From assembly GCF_963921235.1 (NCBI RefSeq), contig NC_086097.1, positions 68,822,001 through 68,886,000 on the forward strand: a stretch of DNA of 64,000 bases. Reading direction: 5' to 3'. Below are positions 51,037 to 62,524 of the stretch, piece after piece. The position numbers and the translations under genes are program-made. A model generated the notes under the pieces. The model did not search any database and had not been told where the DNA came from. It saw nothing but the letters and a program-made list of their open reading frames with translations. The stretch's first letter is position 1, and each line of letters starts with the position of its first letter. The stretch comes from Mobula hypostoma (Eukaryota).

Positions 51037-52637
51037 CAAACCCCATTTCCAGAAAAGTTGGGATATTTTCCAAAATGCAATAAAAACAAAAATCTGTGAT
51101 ATGTTAATTCACGTGAACCTTTATTTAACTGACAAAAGTACAAAGAAAAAATTTTCAATAGTTTTACTGACCAACTTAATTGTATTTTGTAAATATACAC
51201 AAATTTAGAATTTGATGGCTGCAACACACTCAACAAAAGTTGGGACAGAGGCATGTTTACCATTGTGTTACATCACCTTTCCTTTTAATAACACTTTTTA
51301 ATCGTTTTGGAACTGAGGATACTAATTGTAGTAGATTTGCAATTGGAAATTTTGTCCATTATTGCTTGATATAAGACTTTAGCTGCTCAACAGTCCGTGG
51401 TCTCCGTTGTCTGATTCTCCTCTTCATGATGCGTCATACATTTTCAATAGGAGATAGATCTGGACTGGCAGCAGGCCAGTCAAGCACACACACTCTGTGT
51501 CTACAAAGCCACGCTGTTGTAGCCCGTGCAGAATGTGGTCTGGCATTGTCCTGCTGAAATAAGCATGGACGTCCCAGGAAGAGACGTCGCCTTGATGGCA
51601 ACATATGTCTCTCTAAAATCCTAATATGCGCCTCAGAGTCAATGGTACCTTAACATACATGCAACTCACCCATGCCATGGGCACTGATGCACCCCCAACC
51701 CATCACAGATGCTAGCTTTTGCACCTTTCGCTGATAACAATCTGGATGGTCGTTTTCATCTTTGGCACAGAGAACTCGATGCCCGTTTTTTCCGAAAACT
51801 AGTTGAAATGTGGACTCATCTGACCACAGCACATGGTTCCACAGTCTTTCGGTCCATCTGCGATGAGCTCGGGCCCAGAGAACTCGCTGGCATTTCTGAA
51901 TAGAGTTGATGTATGGCTTCCTCCTTGTGTAATACAGTTTCAAGTTGCATTTCTGGATGCAGCGACGGACTGTGTTGAGTGACAATGATTTTCCGAAGTA
52001 CTCCCGAGCCCAGGTGGCTATAATCGTCACAGTAGCATGATGGTTTCTTAGGCAGTGCCGCCTGAGGGCTCGAAGATCACGCGCATTCAACAATGGTTTC
52101 CAACCTTGCCCTTTACGCACTGAGATGTCCCTGAATTCTCTGAATCTTTTCACAATATTATGTACTGTAGATGTTGAAAGACCTAAATTCTCCGCAATCT
52201 TGCATTGAGAAATGTTCCTTTTGAACTGACTAACAATTCTCTCACGAATTTTGGCACAAGGGGGTGAGCTACGACCCATCCTTGCTTGCAAAGACTGAGC
52301 CTTTGACGGACGCTTTTATACCCAGTCATGATACCTCACCTGCTACCAATTAGCCTGCTTAATGTGGAGTCTTCCAAACCGGTGTTACTTGAATATTCTG
52401 TGCACTTTTTAATCTTATTTTAACTCTGTCCCAACTTTTGTTGAGTGTGTTGCAGCCATCAAATTCTAAATTTGTGTATATTTACAAAATACAATTAAGT
52501 TGGTCAGTAAAACTATTGAAAATCTTTTCTTTGTACTTTCGTCAGTTAAATAAAGGTTCACGTGAATTAACATATCACAGATTTTTGTTTTTATTGCATT
52601 TTGGAAAATATCCCAACTTTTCTGGAAATGGGGTTTG
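51037..52637 (-). mobile_element. Full-length Tc1 transposon, 1601 bp, 214-bp TIRs, TA target duplication
   Basis: TIRs 51037-51250 and 52424-52637 (CAAACCCCATTTCCAGAAAAGTTGGGA...), 2 mismatches by eye; inner repeat aaaagttggga; flanked by TA on both sides. Confidence 0.98.
51257..52279 (-). pseudogene. Tc1 DD34E transposase, 340 codons, three in-frame stops, no frameshift
   Basis: MGRSSPPC..WSDES..FQQDNARPH(34 aa)SPDLSPIE..KGDVTQW*; premature stops at 51650-52, 51434-36 and 51359-61, all in the same frame. Confidence 0.93.
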
Positions 52638-53649
52638 TATTTATTTGTAATATTTATTTTGCTCTCTTTTTGTTCTTTTATATTTTCTGTGAATCCCCGT
52701 GATAAAATTAATCTCAGGGTTATATATGGTGACATATATGTACTTTGATAATAAATATACTTTGAACTTTCTCACTTACATCTGAGTCAACTCTGATACT
52801 TTTTTCCATGAATTCAGTTTCTTGTTCCTAATGTGTAACTTTGACCATGGATGTCCAATCCCTCCACACCTCCAACTATACCTAAGGGTCCATCAATTTC
52901 TCATCAACACAAATCCAAACTAGCCCCCCTTCCCTTAACCACGGCCCTTCTTCACCTGGCTAAACTCATTCTCCCATGAAATAGCTTCTCCAATATGTGG
53001 ATTGTCTTTGTTTTATTTATGTACTGTACTGGTTTTTACTCCTGCTCCCAGGCAGAAATCAAAATTTTCATCACCTTTGTTGCCAAATTCTACCCTGCTC
53101 TCATGTTCATGTGATTTGTGTTTGATTCTTCCCGTCCCCTTCTCAACATCTATATGCTAATTCAGGGAACAGGTTGGCAATGAATATCCATTACAAGACC
53201 ACAGGCCCTCACAGTTATTTTAATACAACTTCTCCCATTCCGATTCTTGTAAGAACCAAATGCCATTCTCCCTATTTCTCCATATCAGTTTGGATATCGA
53301 CACCTTTCCTGTCAGTTGCTACCAAGAAGTCTTCAATTTTTTTAAATCATGTTTCCCCATCTACCAGAGATAACAAAGCCCTCATCCATATCTATAGTAT
53401 TCCATTTCTCACATTTCTGTTCTCAATTCCACTTGTCCCACAGAAATCAAGGGTAGGATTCTCCTTGAACTGAACTTCCACCGCACTTTCACCGGGCCAT
53501 TCTCTGTAACTTTTTCCCACATTCAACATGATGCTAGCACCAGCCATATCGTCCCCTCTCCTTCCCTTTCTGCATTCCAAAGGGACAGGCAGACTTTGCA
53601 TCGCAGGTTCATCAGAATTCCTGAGCTGATGGCTTTGTCATTTTAGGAG

Positions 53650-53958
53650 AGATAAAGATAAAGGTTTTCTTTAATTGTCACGTATATGGAAATGTATTGT
53701 GAAATACATTGTTTTGCCTCAGTGACCCACACAGCCCGAGGATTGTGCTGGAGCAGCCTCCGAGCGCTGCCAACATAGCACGCCCTCAAATCACTAACCA
53801 TACATTTTTGGAATGTGGGAAGAAACCGGAGCAACCAGAGCAAACCTATGTGGTCACGGGGAGGATATACAAACCCCTTACATACAACAGTGGGAATTGA
53901 AACCCGATCAGTGATTGCTGTAGCTGGAAACCAATGCACTAACTGCTATGCCACCATG
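53650..53958 (-). mobile_element. HE1-like V-SINE
   Basis: Reverse complement has a tRNA head (ggtggcatagcagttagtgca..gggtttcaattcccactg) and a V-domain (cctccccgtgaccacataggtttgctctggttgctccggtttcttcccacattccaaa). Confidence 0.85.
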
Positions 53959-54000
53959 TAGTATGCAGGTGCAGGGTATAGTTCAAAAGACATATTACAA

Positions 54001-54649
54001 AGGGGGAGGAGAAGATGGCGACACGACACAGTGCGTGCGGCCGTTCTGAATTGATATTGTATCTGTGAAGTAGGATGCCGTGCCCAATCCTGATTTGATA
54101 GAGACAGATGTGAAGAAGCACGGAGGAACATCTGGAGTAACTTCTGAAATGCCTGCTTCGCTGCCGCTGCTACTATGCAATCGAGAATCTCAGGAGGGAA
54201 GGCCCCAAATCCTTGGCCTTGCCTGTTGCCTGTTGCCGGGGCCGGGGTTGAAGCGCTCAGTGGAGTTGGTGCTTGGTGCATCGATGTGGGGGATCTGGTT
54301 GGAGGCTTGGAGTTTTCGGATGGACTCGGAGTCGAACTGTGGTCGAATGCTTCCGGGATGCTGCATCGGCAAGTTTGCGGTGCTGGAGGTTTACCGTCTG
54401 CATGAGATGATGGGACTTCCGAGGGACTTTGAGACTGTACCATGCCCATGGTCTGTTCTTATCAAATTACGGTATTGCTTTGACTGTTGTAACTATATGT
54501 TATAATTATGTGGTTTTTGTCAGATTTTCAGTGTTGGTTTGTCATGTGTTTCTGTGATATCATTCTGGAAAAACATTGTATCATTTCTTAATGCAGGCAT
54601 TACTAAATGACAATAAAAGAGGACTGTATGTCCTCATAATTTAATCTAA
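54001..54649 (+). mobile_element. CpG-rich non-autonomous LINE-like element with YY1-type 5' motif
   Basis: Starts ggaggagAAGATGGCG (54012-54020); GC-rich body; ends aaatgacaataaaagagg..taatttaatctaa. Confidence 0.6.
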
Positions 54650-54832
54650 GGGGTTACAAATAGTCCGAAAATACTTCCCAGGTGAAGCAATAATTCACTC
54701 AGCCCTATTCCAATGTAGTGCACTGCAGTCAGTGCTCACAAGGTGATCCTTATCGTGGAAAAACCAAGAACAATGAAAATCTTGTCTTGCCATACAGTTT
54801 CAAAGAGATCCAATTATTATCTAGTGCAATTT

Positions 54833-54925
54833 TTTCCATAGATGCTGCCTGGCTTGCTGAGTTCCTCCAGCATTTTGAGAGTGTTGCTTGGATTTCCAGC
54901 ATCTGCAGAGTTTCTCTTGTTTGTG
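54833..54925 (+). mobile_element. Penelope pLTR terminal fragment
   Basis: ccatagatgctgcctggcttgctgagttcctccagcattttg..gatttccagcatctgcagagtttctcttgtttgtgat. Confidence 0.8.
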
Positions 54926-55047
54926 ATTTGATTACCTAGTGCTTTGAGGTAGAACAAGCTAAAACTCTAGCAATGCAGAATAAAGTGTAACAGCTACAGA
55001 GAAAGTGCAGTGCAAGCAAACAATAAGATTCAAGATTATATTGAGGT

Positions 55048-55587
55048 CTGCCATAACAGACAGGATCTCCCGGTAGCCACCCACTTCAACTCTGCTTCCC
55101 ATTCCCATTCAGATATGTTCATACATGGCCTCCTCTACTGCCATGATGAGGCTAAACTCAGGTTGAAGGAGCAACACCTCATATACCGTCTAGGTAGTCT
55201 CCAGCCCCTTGGTATGAACATAGAATTCTCCAACTTCTGGTAATTCCCTCACCCTCCCTTCCTCTATCCCTATTTCACTCTACCCCCTCCCCCAGCTCCC
55301 TCATGGTTCCGCCTCCTTCTTCTACTACCCATTGTTTTCAGGGCTGTGACGTCAATGCTTCCCCTCCCCCACCCCTTTGTCTTTCAAATTACTGGTCTTT
55401 CAACTGACGCTACAAGCATTCTTCAAATCCTTCCCCATCTTTCATTCTTCAGTCCTGATGAAGGGTTCTGGCCCGAAATGTCGACTCATCGTTTCTGACT
55501 GATGCTGCCCGACCTGCTGAGTTCATCCAGCGTACTGAAAGTGTTGCTTTGATCTTCTACAGCATCTGCAGATTATTTTGTGTTTAC
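55048..55587 (+). mobile_element. Penelope-like 3' end: GIY-YIG C-terminus plus pLTR
   Basis: QDLPVATHFNSASHSHSDMFIHGLLYCHDEAKLRLKEQHLIYRLGSLQPLGMNIEFSNFW* (ORF 55010..55243), then pLTR. Confidence 0.92.
55451..55486 (+). ncRNA. Minimal type I hammerhead ribozyme motif (best-preserved copy)
   Basis: AGTC-CTGATGA-AGGGTTCTGGCCC-GAAA-T-GTC-GACT: stem I AGTC/GACT, core CUGAUGA/GAAA, stem II GGG/CCC, GUC cleavage triplet ending at 55482. Confidence 0.8.
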
Positions 55588-55593
55588 ACAAGA

Positions 55594-57689
55594 TACAACA
55601 ATTGTTCATCCCAATTTGGTAAAAGAATAAATCAAGGAAGGTAGTGCACCCGTGGCTAACAAGGGAAATTAGGGATAGTATCAATTCCAAAGAAGAAGCA
55701 TACAAATTAGCCAGAAAAAGTGGCTCACCTGAGGACTGGGAGAAATTCAGAGTCCAGCAGAGGAGGACAAAGGGCTTAATTAGGAAGGGGAAAAAAGATT
55801 ATGAGAAAAAACTGGCAGGGAACATAAAAACTGACTGTAAAAGCTTTTATAGATATGTGAAAAGAAAAAGATTGGTTAAGACAAATGTAGGTCCCCTGCA
55901 GACAGAAACAGGTGAATTGATTATGGGGAGCAAGGACATGTAGACGAATTGAATAACTACTTTGGTTCTGTCTTCACTAAGGAGGACATAAATAATCTTC
56001 TGGAAATAGTAGGGGACAGAGAGTCCAGTGAGATGGAGGAACTGAGGGAAATATATGTTAGATGGGAAGTGGTGTTAGGTAAATTGAAGGGATTAAAGGC
56101 AGATAAATCCCCAGGGCCAGATGGTCTGCATCCCAGAGTGCTTAAGGAAGTAGCCCAAGAAATAATGGATGCATTAGTGATAATTTTTCAAAACACGTTA
56201 GATTCTGGACTAGTTCCTGAGGATTGGAGGGTGGCTAATGTAACCCCACTTTTTAAAAAAGGAGGGAGAGAGAAACCGGGGAATTATAGACTGGTTAACC
56301 TAACGTCGGTGGTGGGGAAAATGCTAGAGTCAGTTATCAAAGATGTGATAACAGCACATTTGGAAAGCGGTGAAATCATCGGACAAAGTCAGCATCGATT
56401 TGTGAAAGGAAAATCATGTCTGACGAATCTCATAGAATTTTTTGAGGATGTAACTAGTAGAGTGGATAGGGGAGAACGATGGATGTGGTATATTTGGATT
56501 TTCAAAAGGCTTTTGACAAGGTCCCACACAGGAGATTAGTGTGCAGACTTAAAGCACACGGTATTGGGGGTAAGGTATTGATGTGGATAGAGAATTGGTT
56601 AGCAGACAGGAAGCAAAGAGTGGAAACTAACGGGACCTTTTCAGAATGGCAGGCAGTGACTAGTGGGGTACCGCAAGGCTCAGTGCTGGGACCCCAGTTG
56701 TTCACTATATATATTAGTGACTTAGATGAGGGAATTAAATGCAGCATCTCCAAGTTTGCAGATGACACAAAGCTGGGCGGCAGTGTTAGCTGTGAGGAAG
56801 ATGCTAAGAGGATGCAGGGTGACTTGGATAGGTTAGGTGAGTGGGCAAATTCATGGCAGATGCAATTTAATGTGGATAAATGTGAGGTTATCCACTTTGG
56901 TGGCAAAAATAGGAAAACAGATTATTATCTGAATGGTGGCCGATTAGGAAAAGGGGAGGTACAACGAGACCTGGGTGTCATTATACACCAGTCATTGAAA
57001 GTGGGCATGCAGGTACAGTAGGCGGTGAAAAAGGCGAATGGTATGCTGGCATTCATAGCAAGAGGATTCAAGTACAGGAGCAGGGAGGTACTACAGCAGT
57101 TGTACAAGGCCTTGGTGAGACCATACCTGAAGTATTGTGTGCAGTTTTGGTCCCCTAATCTGAGGAAAGACATCCTTGCCATAGAGGGAGTACAATGAAG
57201 GTTCACCAGATTGATTCCTGGGATGGCAGGACTTTCATATGATGAAAGACTGGATCGACTAGGCTTATACTCATTGGAATTTAGAAGACTGAGAGAGGAT
57301 CTTATTTAAACATATAAAATCCTAAAGGGATTGGACAGGCTAGATGCAGGAAGATTGTTCCTGATGTTGGGGAAGTCCAGAACGAGTGGTCACAATTTGA
57401 GGATAAAGGGGAAGCCGTTTAGGACCGAGATTAGGAAAAACTTCTTCACACAGAGATTGGTGAATCTGTTGAATTCTCTGCCACAGGAAACAGTTGAGGC
57501 CAGTTCATTGGCTATATTTAAGAGGGAGTTAGATATGGCCCTTGTGGCTAAAGGGATCGGGGGTATGGAGGGAAGACTGGTACAGGGTTCTGAGTTGGAT
57601 GATCAGCCATGATCATACTGAATGGCAGTGCAGGCTCAAAGGGCCGAATGGCCTACTCCTGGCACCTATTTTCTATGTTTCTCTGTTTC
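55594..57689 (+). mobile_element. Young CR1 (subfamily A), 5'-truncated, 2.1 kb
   Basis: ORFs 55644, 55949, 56479 and 57331 carry RT motifs; closely matches the reverse complement of 33210-35283; tail tttctatgtttctctgtttc. Confidence 0.97.
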
Positions 57690-58260
57690 TATATTGAGGT
57701 AGATTGTGAGGTCAAGAATCCATCTTATCATAGTAAGAGTAGAACCTGTCCTTGAGCCTGAAGGAATGTGCTTTCAGGGTTTGTATCTTCTGCCCGATGG
57801 AAGAAGTGAGAAGAGAGAATGTCCAGGGTGGGTAAGGTCTTTGACTGCACTGGCTGAGTAGTGTCCATAACAGTGTCCATAGAGGGGAGGTTACTTTCCA
57901 GGATATGCTGAGCTGTGACCAGAGCAGATGTCGTTGCAAGTTGTGAACTATCCGGTAAGGATGCTCTCTATGGTACATCAATACAAATTGGTAAGGACCA
58001 ACAAGGACATGCAAAATTCCTTTAGTCTCCTGAGGAAGCTTCCTGGGAAGAAATAGATGCTGATCAATGAGAGGAGCATGAAATGAGAGTTAACTGAGAT
58101 AGAAATAGTAGGAAGAAGGATAGATATGTATTCGCAATAGCAGATATCAAATAAGGCCATTCATGTCAGCCATCTTACATTTTTCTATATCATCAACTAA
58201 ATTTCTGTGGACATTCTTAAGACTAAGAGATTGAGTGCTTTGAACAGTCAGCAACGAAGT

Positions 58261-59670
58261 ATAGATAGATAGTTACTTCATTGATCCCAAAGGAAATTAC
58301 AGTGTCATAGTAGAATTGCAAGTGCACAGATATAAATATTAGAAGAAAAGTAGAAAGTATTAAAATAAGTTACCATATACAGACAAATTGGAGGGGTTCG
58401 TCACTTCCATGTCTATAGGTTGACTCATTTTAGAGCCTAATGGCCAAGGGTAAGAATGACTTCATTTAACGCTCTTTGGAGATACACAGTTGTCTTAGTC
58501 TATGACTAAAAGTGCTCCTTTGTTCAGCCAATGTGGCATGTAGAGGCTCAGAAACATTGTCCAGAATTGCCAGGATTTTCTGTAGTGTCCTTTGTTCTAC
58601 CACAGCATCCAGTGAGTCCACTTTGATTCCTGTAACAAAGTCAGCCTTTCTAAACAGTTTATTGGGTCTGTTGGCATCACCCAGGTACTGGTGACAACAG
58701 ACTGGTAGACCATATGAAGGAGAGGCCTGCATACTCAAAGGACCTCAGTCTCCTCAGGAAGTAGAAGTGACTCTGGTCCTTCTTGTACACAGCCTCTGTG
58801 TTTGTGCTGCACTCAAGTCTGCCATCCAGGTGCACCCCTAGATATTTGTGTGACCTCACCATATTCACGTCTTCACCATCAATAGTAACGGGGAGGAATG
58901 CAGACTTACTCTTCCTAAAGTCCATCACCATCTCCTTTGTCTTACTAAAGTTGAGCTGCAGCAGATGATTCAGCTTGCACCATTTGACAAAGTCCTCCAG
59001 CAGGGCCCTGTATTCATCCTCCCGTCCTCCCTTTATACACCCAACTATTGCTGAGTCACCAGAGAATTTCTGCAGATGACATGAATCAGTGTTGTATTTA
59101 AGTATACAGGGTAAACAGGAAGAAAGCCAACAGAGTTCCATGTGGGATCCCAGCACTGATTATAGCCATGTCTGACCCACAGCTCTGAAGCCACACATAC
59201 CGTGGTCTGCTGGTCAGTTAGTCCATTATCCAGGACACAATGGAAATGCCAGTCTGCACTGAATGGAGCTTTTCCCCCAGCAATGAGGGCTGCATGGTAT
59301 TGAAAGCACTTGAGAAAGCAAAACACACGATCCTCACAGTGCTTATCCAAATGGGAGAAGGCTCTGTTCAGCAGGTAGATGACAGCATAGTCGACTCCAA
59401 TATGCTCTTTGGTAGGCAAACTGCAGGGGATCGAGGGCTGTTCTGACCGGGGGTCAGAGATGAGTCAGGACCAGCTTCTCTAGGGTCTGCTGATGTGTGA
59501 GGTCAGGGCCACTGGACGGTAGTCATTCAAGACTTTCAGTTGGCCCTTCTTGGGTACTGGGACCACACATAATGTTTTCCACACAGTTGGGACCCTCCCT
59601 GGGACAGATTAAAAATGTGTTGGAGAACCATACAGATGCTCAGCACACTCCTTCAGGACCTTGGGGTTCA
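58261..59670 (-). mobile_element. Rex1/Babar LINE RT and 3' end, (CTAT)n tail
   Basis: IGVDYAVIYLLNRAFSHLD, HLQKFSGDSAIVGCIKGGREDEYR, NFSKTKEMVMDFRK, KYLGVHLD, YFLRRLRSF. Confidence 0.92.
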
Positions 59671-59674
59671 CGCC

Positions 59675-59820
59675 ATCCAGTATTCCACAGATTTACCACT
59701 CTCTGGCTAAAGAAGTTCCTCCTCACCTCTGTTCTAAAAGGACAGCCCTCTTCTCTGAGGCTATGTCCTCTGATCTTCGACTCTCCCACCATAAAAAACA
59801 TCTTCTCTACACCCACTGTA
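59675..59820 (-). mobile_element. CR1 3' fragment
   Basis: ttccacagatttaccactctctggctaaagaagttcctcctc (FFSQRVVNLWN). Confidence 0.75.
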
Positions 59821-59919
59821 TGAAGAAACAGAGTGAGACGGTTGTAGTTGAAGGCTGTGTTTGTTCACCAGTGTGGCTTTTCAAAGAATGGTCACCAGCA
59901 AGCAGCAAATCATGTCCTA

Positions 59920-62430
59920 GTAGAATGCAAGTGTCCAATACAGGCCCTTCGGCCCACGATGCTGTGTTAAACATGTACTTATTTTGGAAATTACCTAGGG
60001 TTACCCATAGCCCTCTATTTTTCTAAGCTCCGTGTACCTATCTAGGAGTCTCTTAAAAGACCCTATTTTATCCACCTCCACCACCGTTGCCGGCAGCCCA
60101 TTCCATGCACTCACCAACCTCCGTGTAAAAAAACTTGCCCCTGACATCTCCTCTGTACCTACTTCCAAGCACCTTAAAACTGTGCCCTCTCATGTTAGTC
60201 ATTTCAGCCCTGGGAAAAAGCCTCTGACTATCCACACCATCAATGCCTCTCATCACCTTATACACCTCTATCGGGTCACCTCTCATCCTCCATCACTCCA
60301 AGGAGAAGAGGTCAAGTTCACTCAACCTATTCTCATAAGGAATGCTCCCCAATCCAGACAACATCCTTATCTATCTCCTCTGCCCCTTTCTATGGTTTCC
60401 ACATCCTTCCTGTGGTGATGTGACCAGAACTGAGCACAGTACTCCAAGTGGGGTCTGACCAGGGTCCTATATAGCTAAAACATTACCTCTCATCTCTTAA
60501 ACCCAATCCCACGGTTGATGAGGGCCAATGCACCATATAGCTTCTTATCCACAGAGTCAACCTGTACAGCAGCTTTGAGTTTTCCTTAATCCTGCTCGCC
60601 AAGGCCTTCTCATGGCCCCTTCTGGCTCTCCTAATTTCATTTTAAGCTCCTTCCTGCTAGCTTATAATTTTCTAGATCTCTATCATTACTGAGTTTTTTG
60701 AACCTTTTGTAAGCTCTTCTTTTCTTCTTGACTAGGTTTACAACAGCCTTTGTACACCACGGTTCCTGTACCCTACCATCCTTTCCCTGTCTCACTGGAA
60801 TGTACCTACAAGCAAGTATCCCCTGAACATTTGCCACGTTTCTGCCATACATTTCCCTGAGAACATCTGTTCCCAATTTATACTTCCAAGTTCCTGAATG
60901 ATAGTTTCATATTTCCACTTACTCCAATTAAATGCTTTCCTAACTTGTCTGTTCCTATCTCTCTCCAATGCTATGGTAAAGGAGATAGAATTATGATCAC
61001 TTTCTCCAAAATGCTCTCCCACTGAGAGACCTGACACCTGACCAGGTTCATTTCCCAATACCAGATCAAGTACAGCTTCTCCTCTTGTAGGCTTATCTAC
61101 ATATTGCATCAGGAAACCCCATCTAAACCCTTTGCTCTAGGAAGATGCCAATCAATATTTGGGAAATTAAAATCTCCCACCATGACGACCCTGTTATTAT
61201 TACACCTTTCCAGAATCTGTCCCCTATCTGCTCCTCAATGTCCATGTTACTATTGGGAGGTCTAGGAAAAACACCAGTAGAGTTATTGACCCCTTCCTGT
61301 TCCTAACTTCCACCCACAGAGATTCAGTAGACGATCCCTCCATGGCTTCGTCCTCTTCTGCAGCCATGACACGATCTCTGATCAGCAGTGCCACATCCCC
61401 ACCTCTTTTGCCTCCCTCACTGTCCTTTCTGAAATAGTTAAAGTCTGGCACTCTAAGTAACCATTCCTGGCCCTGAACCACCTAACTCTCTGTAATGGCC
61501 ACAACATCATAGCTCCAAGTACTGATCCACGCTCTAAGCTCATCCGCTTTGTTCATGATGCTTCTTGCATTAAAACAGACACATCTCAAACCATCAGTAT
61601 GAGCTCATCCCTTCTCTATCACCTGCCTATTCTCCCTCTCACGCTGCCTATAAGTTTTCTTTATTTGTGAGCCAAGCACCCCTTCCTCCGTTTCTTCAGT
61701 TCCTAGTTTAAACTCTCCCCAATAGCCTTAATAAAACCTCCCTGCCAGGTTATTGGTCTCTCTTGGATTCAAGTGCAACCCATTCATTTTGTACATGTCA
61801 CGCCTGCCCCGAAAGAGTTCCCAATGATCTGTATCCCTACCCCTGCTCCAGTCCCTCAGCCACGCATTTATTCTCCACCTCCCTCTATTCCTTACTGTCA
61901 CATGGCACAGGCAGCAATTTCGAGATTACTACCGTTGAGGTCCTGCTTCTCAACTTCCTTCCTAACTCCCTGTAGTCTGTTTTCAGGACCTCCTCCCTTT
62001 TTCTACCTATGTCGTTGGTACCAATATGTACCATGACCTCTGGCTGTTCACCTTCCTACTTCAGGATATTGTGGCCGTGATCAGAAACATCCTGGACCCT
62101 GGTGCCTGGGAGACAAACTACCATCTATGTTTCTTTCCTGCATCCACAGATTCGCCTGTCTGACCCCCTAACTATAGAGCCCCTATCACTGCTGCCATCC
62201 TTTTCCTTGCCCTGCCCTTTTGAGCCACAGGGCCAGACTCTGTGCCAGAGGTGCGGCCACTGTAGGTCATTTCCCCCAACAGTACTCAAACAGGGGTACT
62301 TATTGTTAAGGGGGACAGCCACATGGGTACTCTCTAGTATCTGACTCTTGCCCTTCTCTCTCCTGATGTTACCCACTTATCTGTCTCCTGAGGCTCTGGT
62401 GTGACTACTTGCCTATAGCTCCTCTCTGTC
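59920..62430 (-). mobile_element. CR1 (subfamily B) with ORF1, EN and 3' end; RT core deleted near 60582
   Basis: 3' 660 bp matches the 20317 copy; EN GEHFGESDHNS and ESLWVEVRN; ORF1 SIVRGSDRRICG; the 3' region jumps directly to EN-linker sequence. Confidence 0.92.
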
Positions 62431-62524
62431 TCATAGCATCTCATAGATTATACACCTCTCTCAATTGTCCTCTGCTCCAAGGAAAACAAATTCATCCTTC
62501 AACTACAACCCTCCCAGTCTGCTT

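Larger units (their letters stand above)
49908..52770 (+). mobile_element. Rex1-type 3' end split by nested insertions (pieces 49908-50129, 50937-51036, 52638-52770)
   Basis: VVDTAQSFTGKA..MERCRRKTASIIKDP..LPSGNRYRSLRTHT; UTR resumes after each insert and ends ataaatatactttgaacttt. Confidence 0.8.
52840..54790 (+). mobile_element. Old Penelope-like RT/GIY-YIG remnant (52840-53600 and 54650-54790), interrupted
   Basis: NIHYKTTGPHSYFNTTSP; later cccaggtgaagcaataattcac..CSQCSQGDPYRGKTK, a decayed GIY-YIG-like 'C..CG..YIGET'. Confidence 0.6.
54926..58040 (-). mobile_element. Rex1-type 3' fragment (54926-55047 and 57690-58040), host of the chimeric insert
   Basis: UTR is collinear with the 13426-14262 copy once 55048-57689 is removed; FLRRLKEF..LYxCTIESILTG remnants. 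Confidence 0.75.

Noticed and set aside
53946..54505. Cluster of overlapping 140-170-aa ORFs
   Set aside because: Explained by the locally GC-rich, stop-poor repeat; no protein motif recognised.
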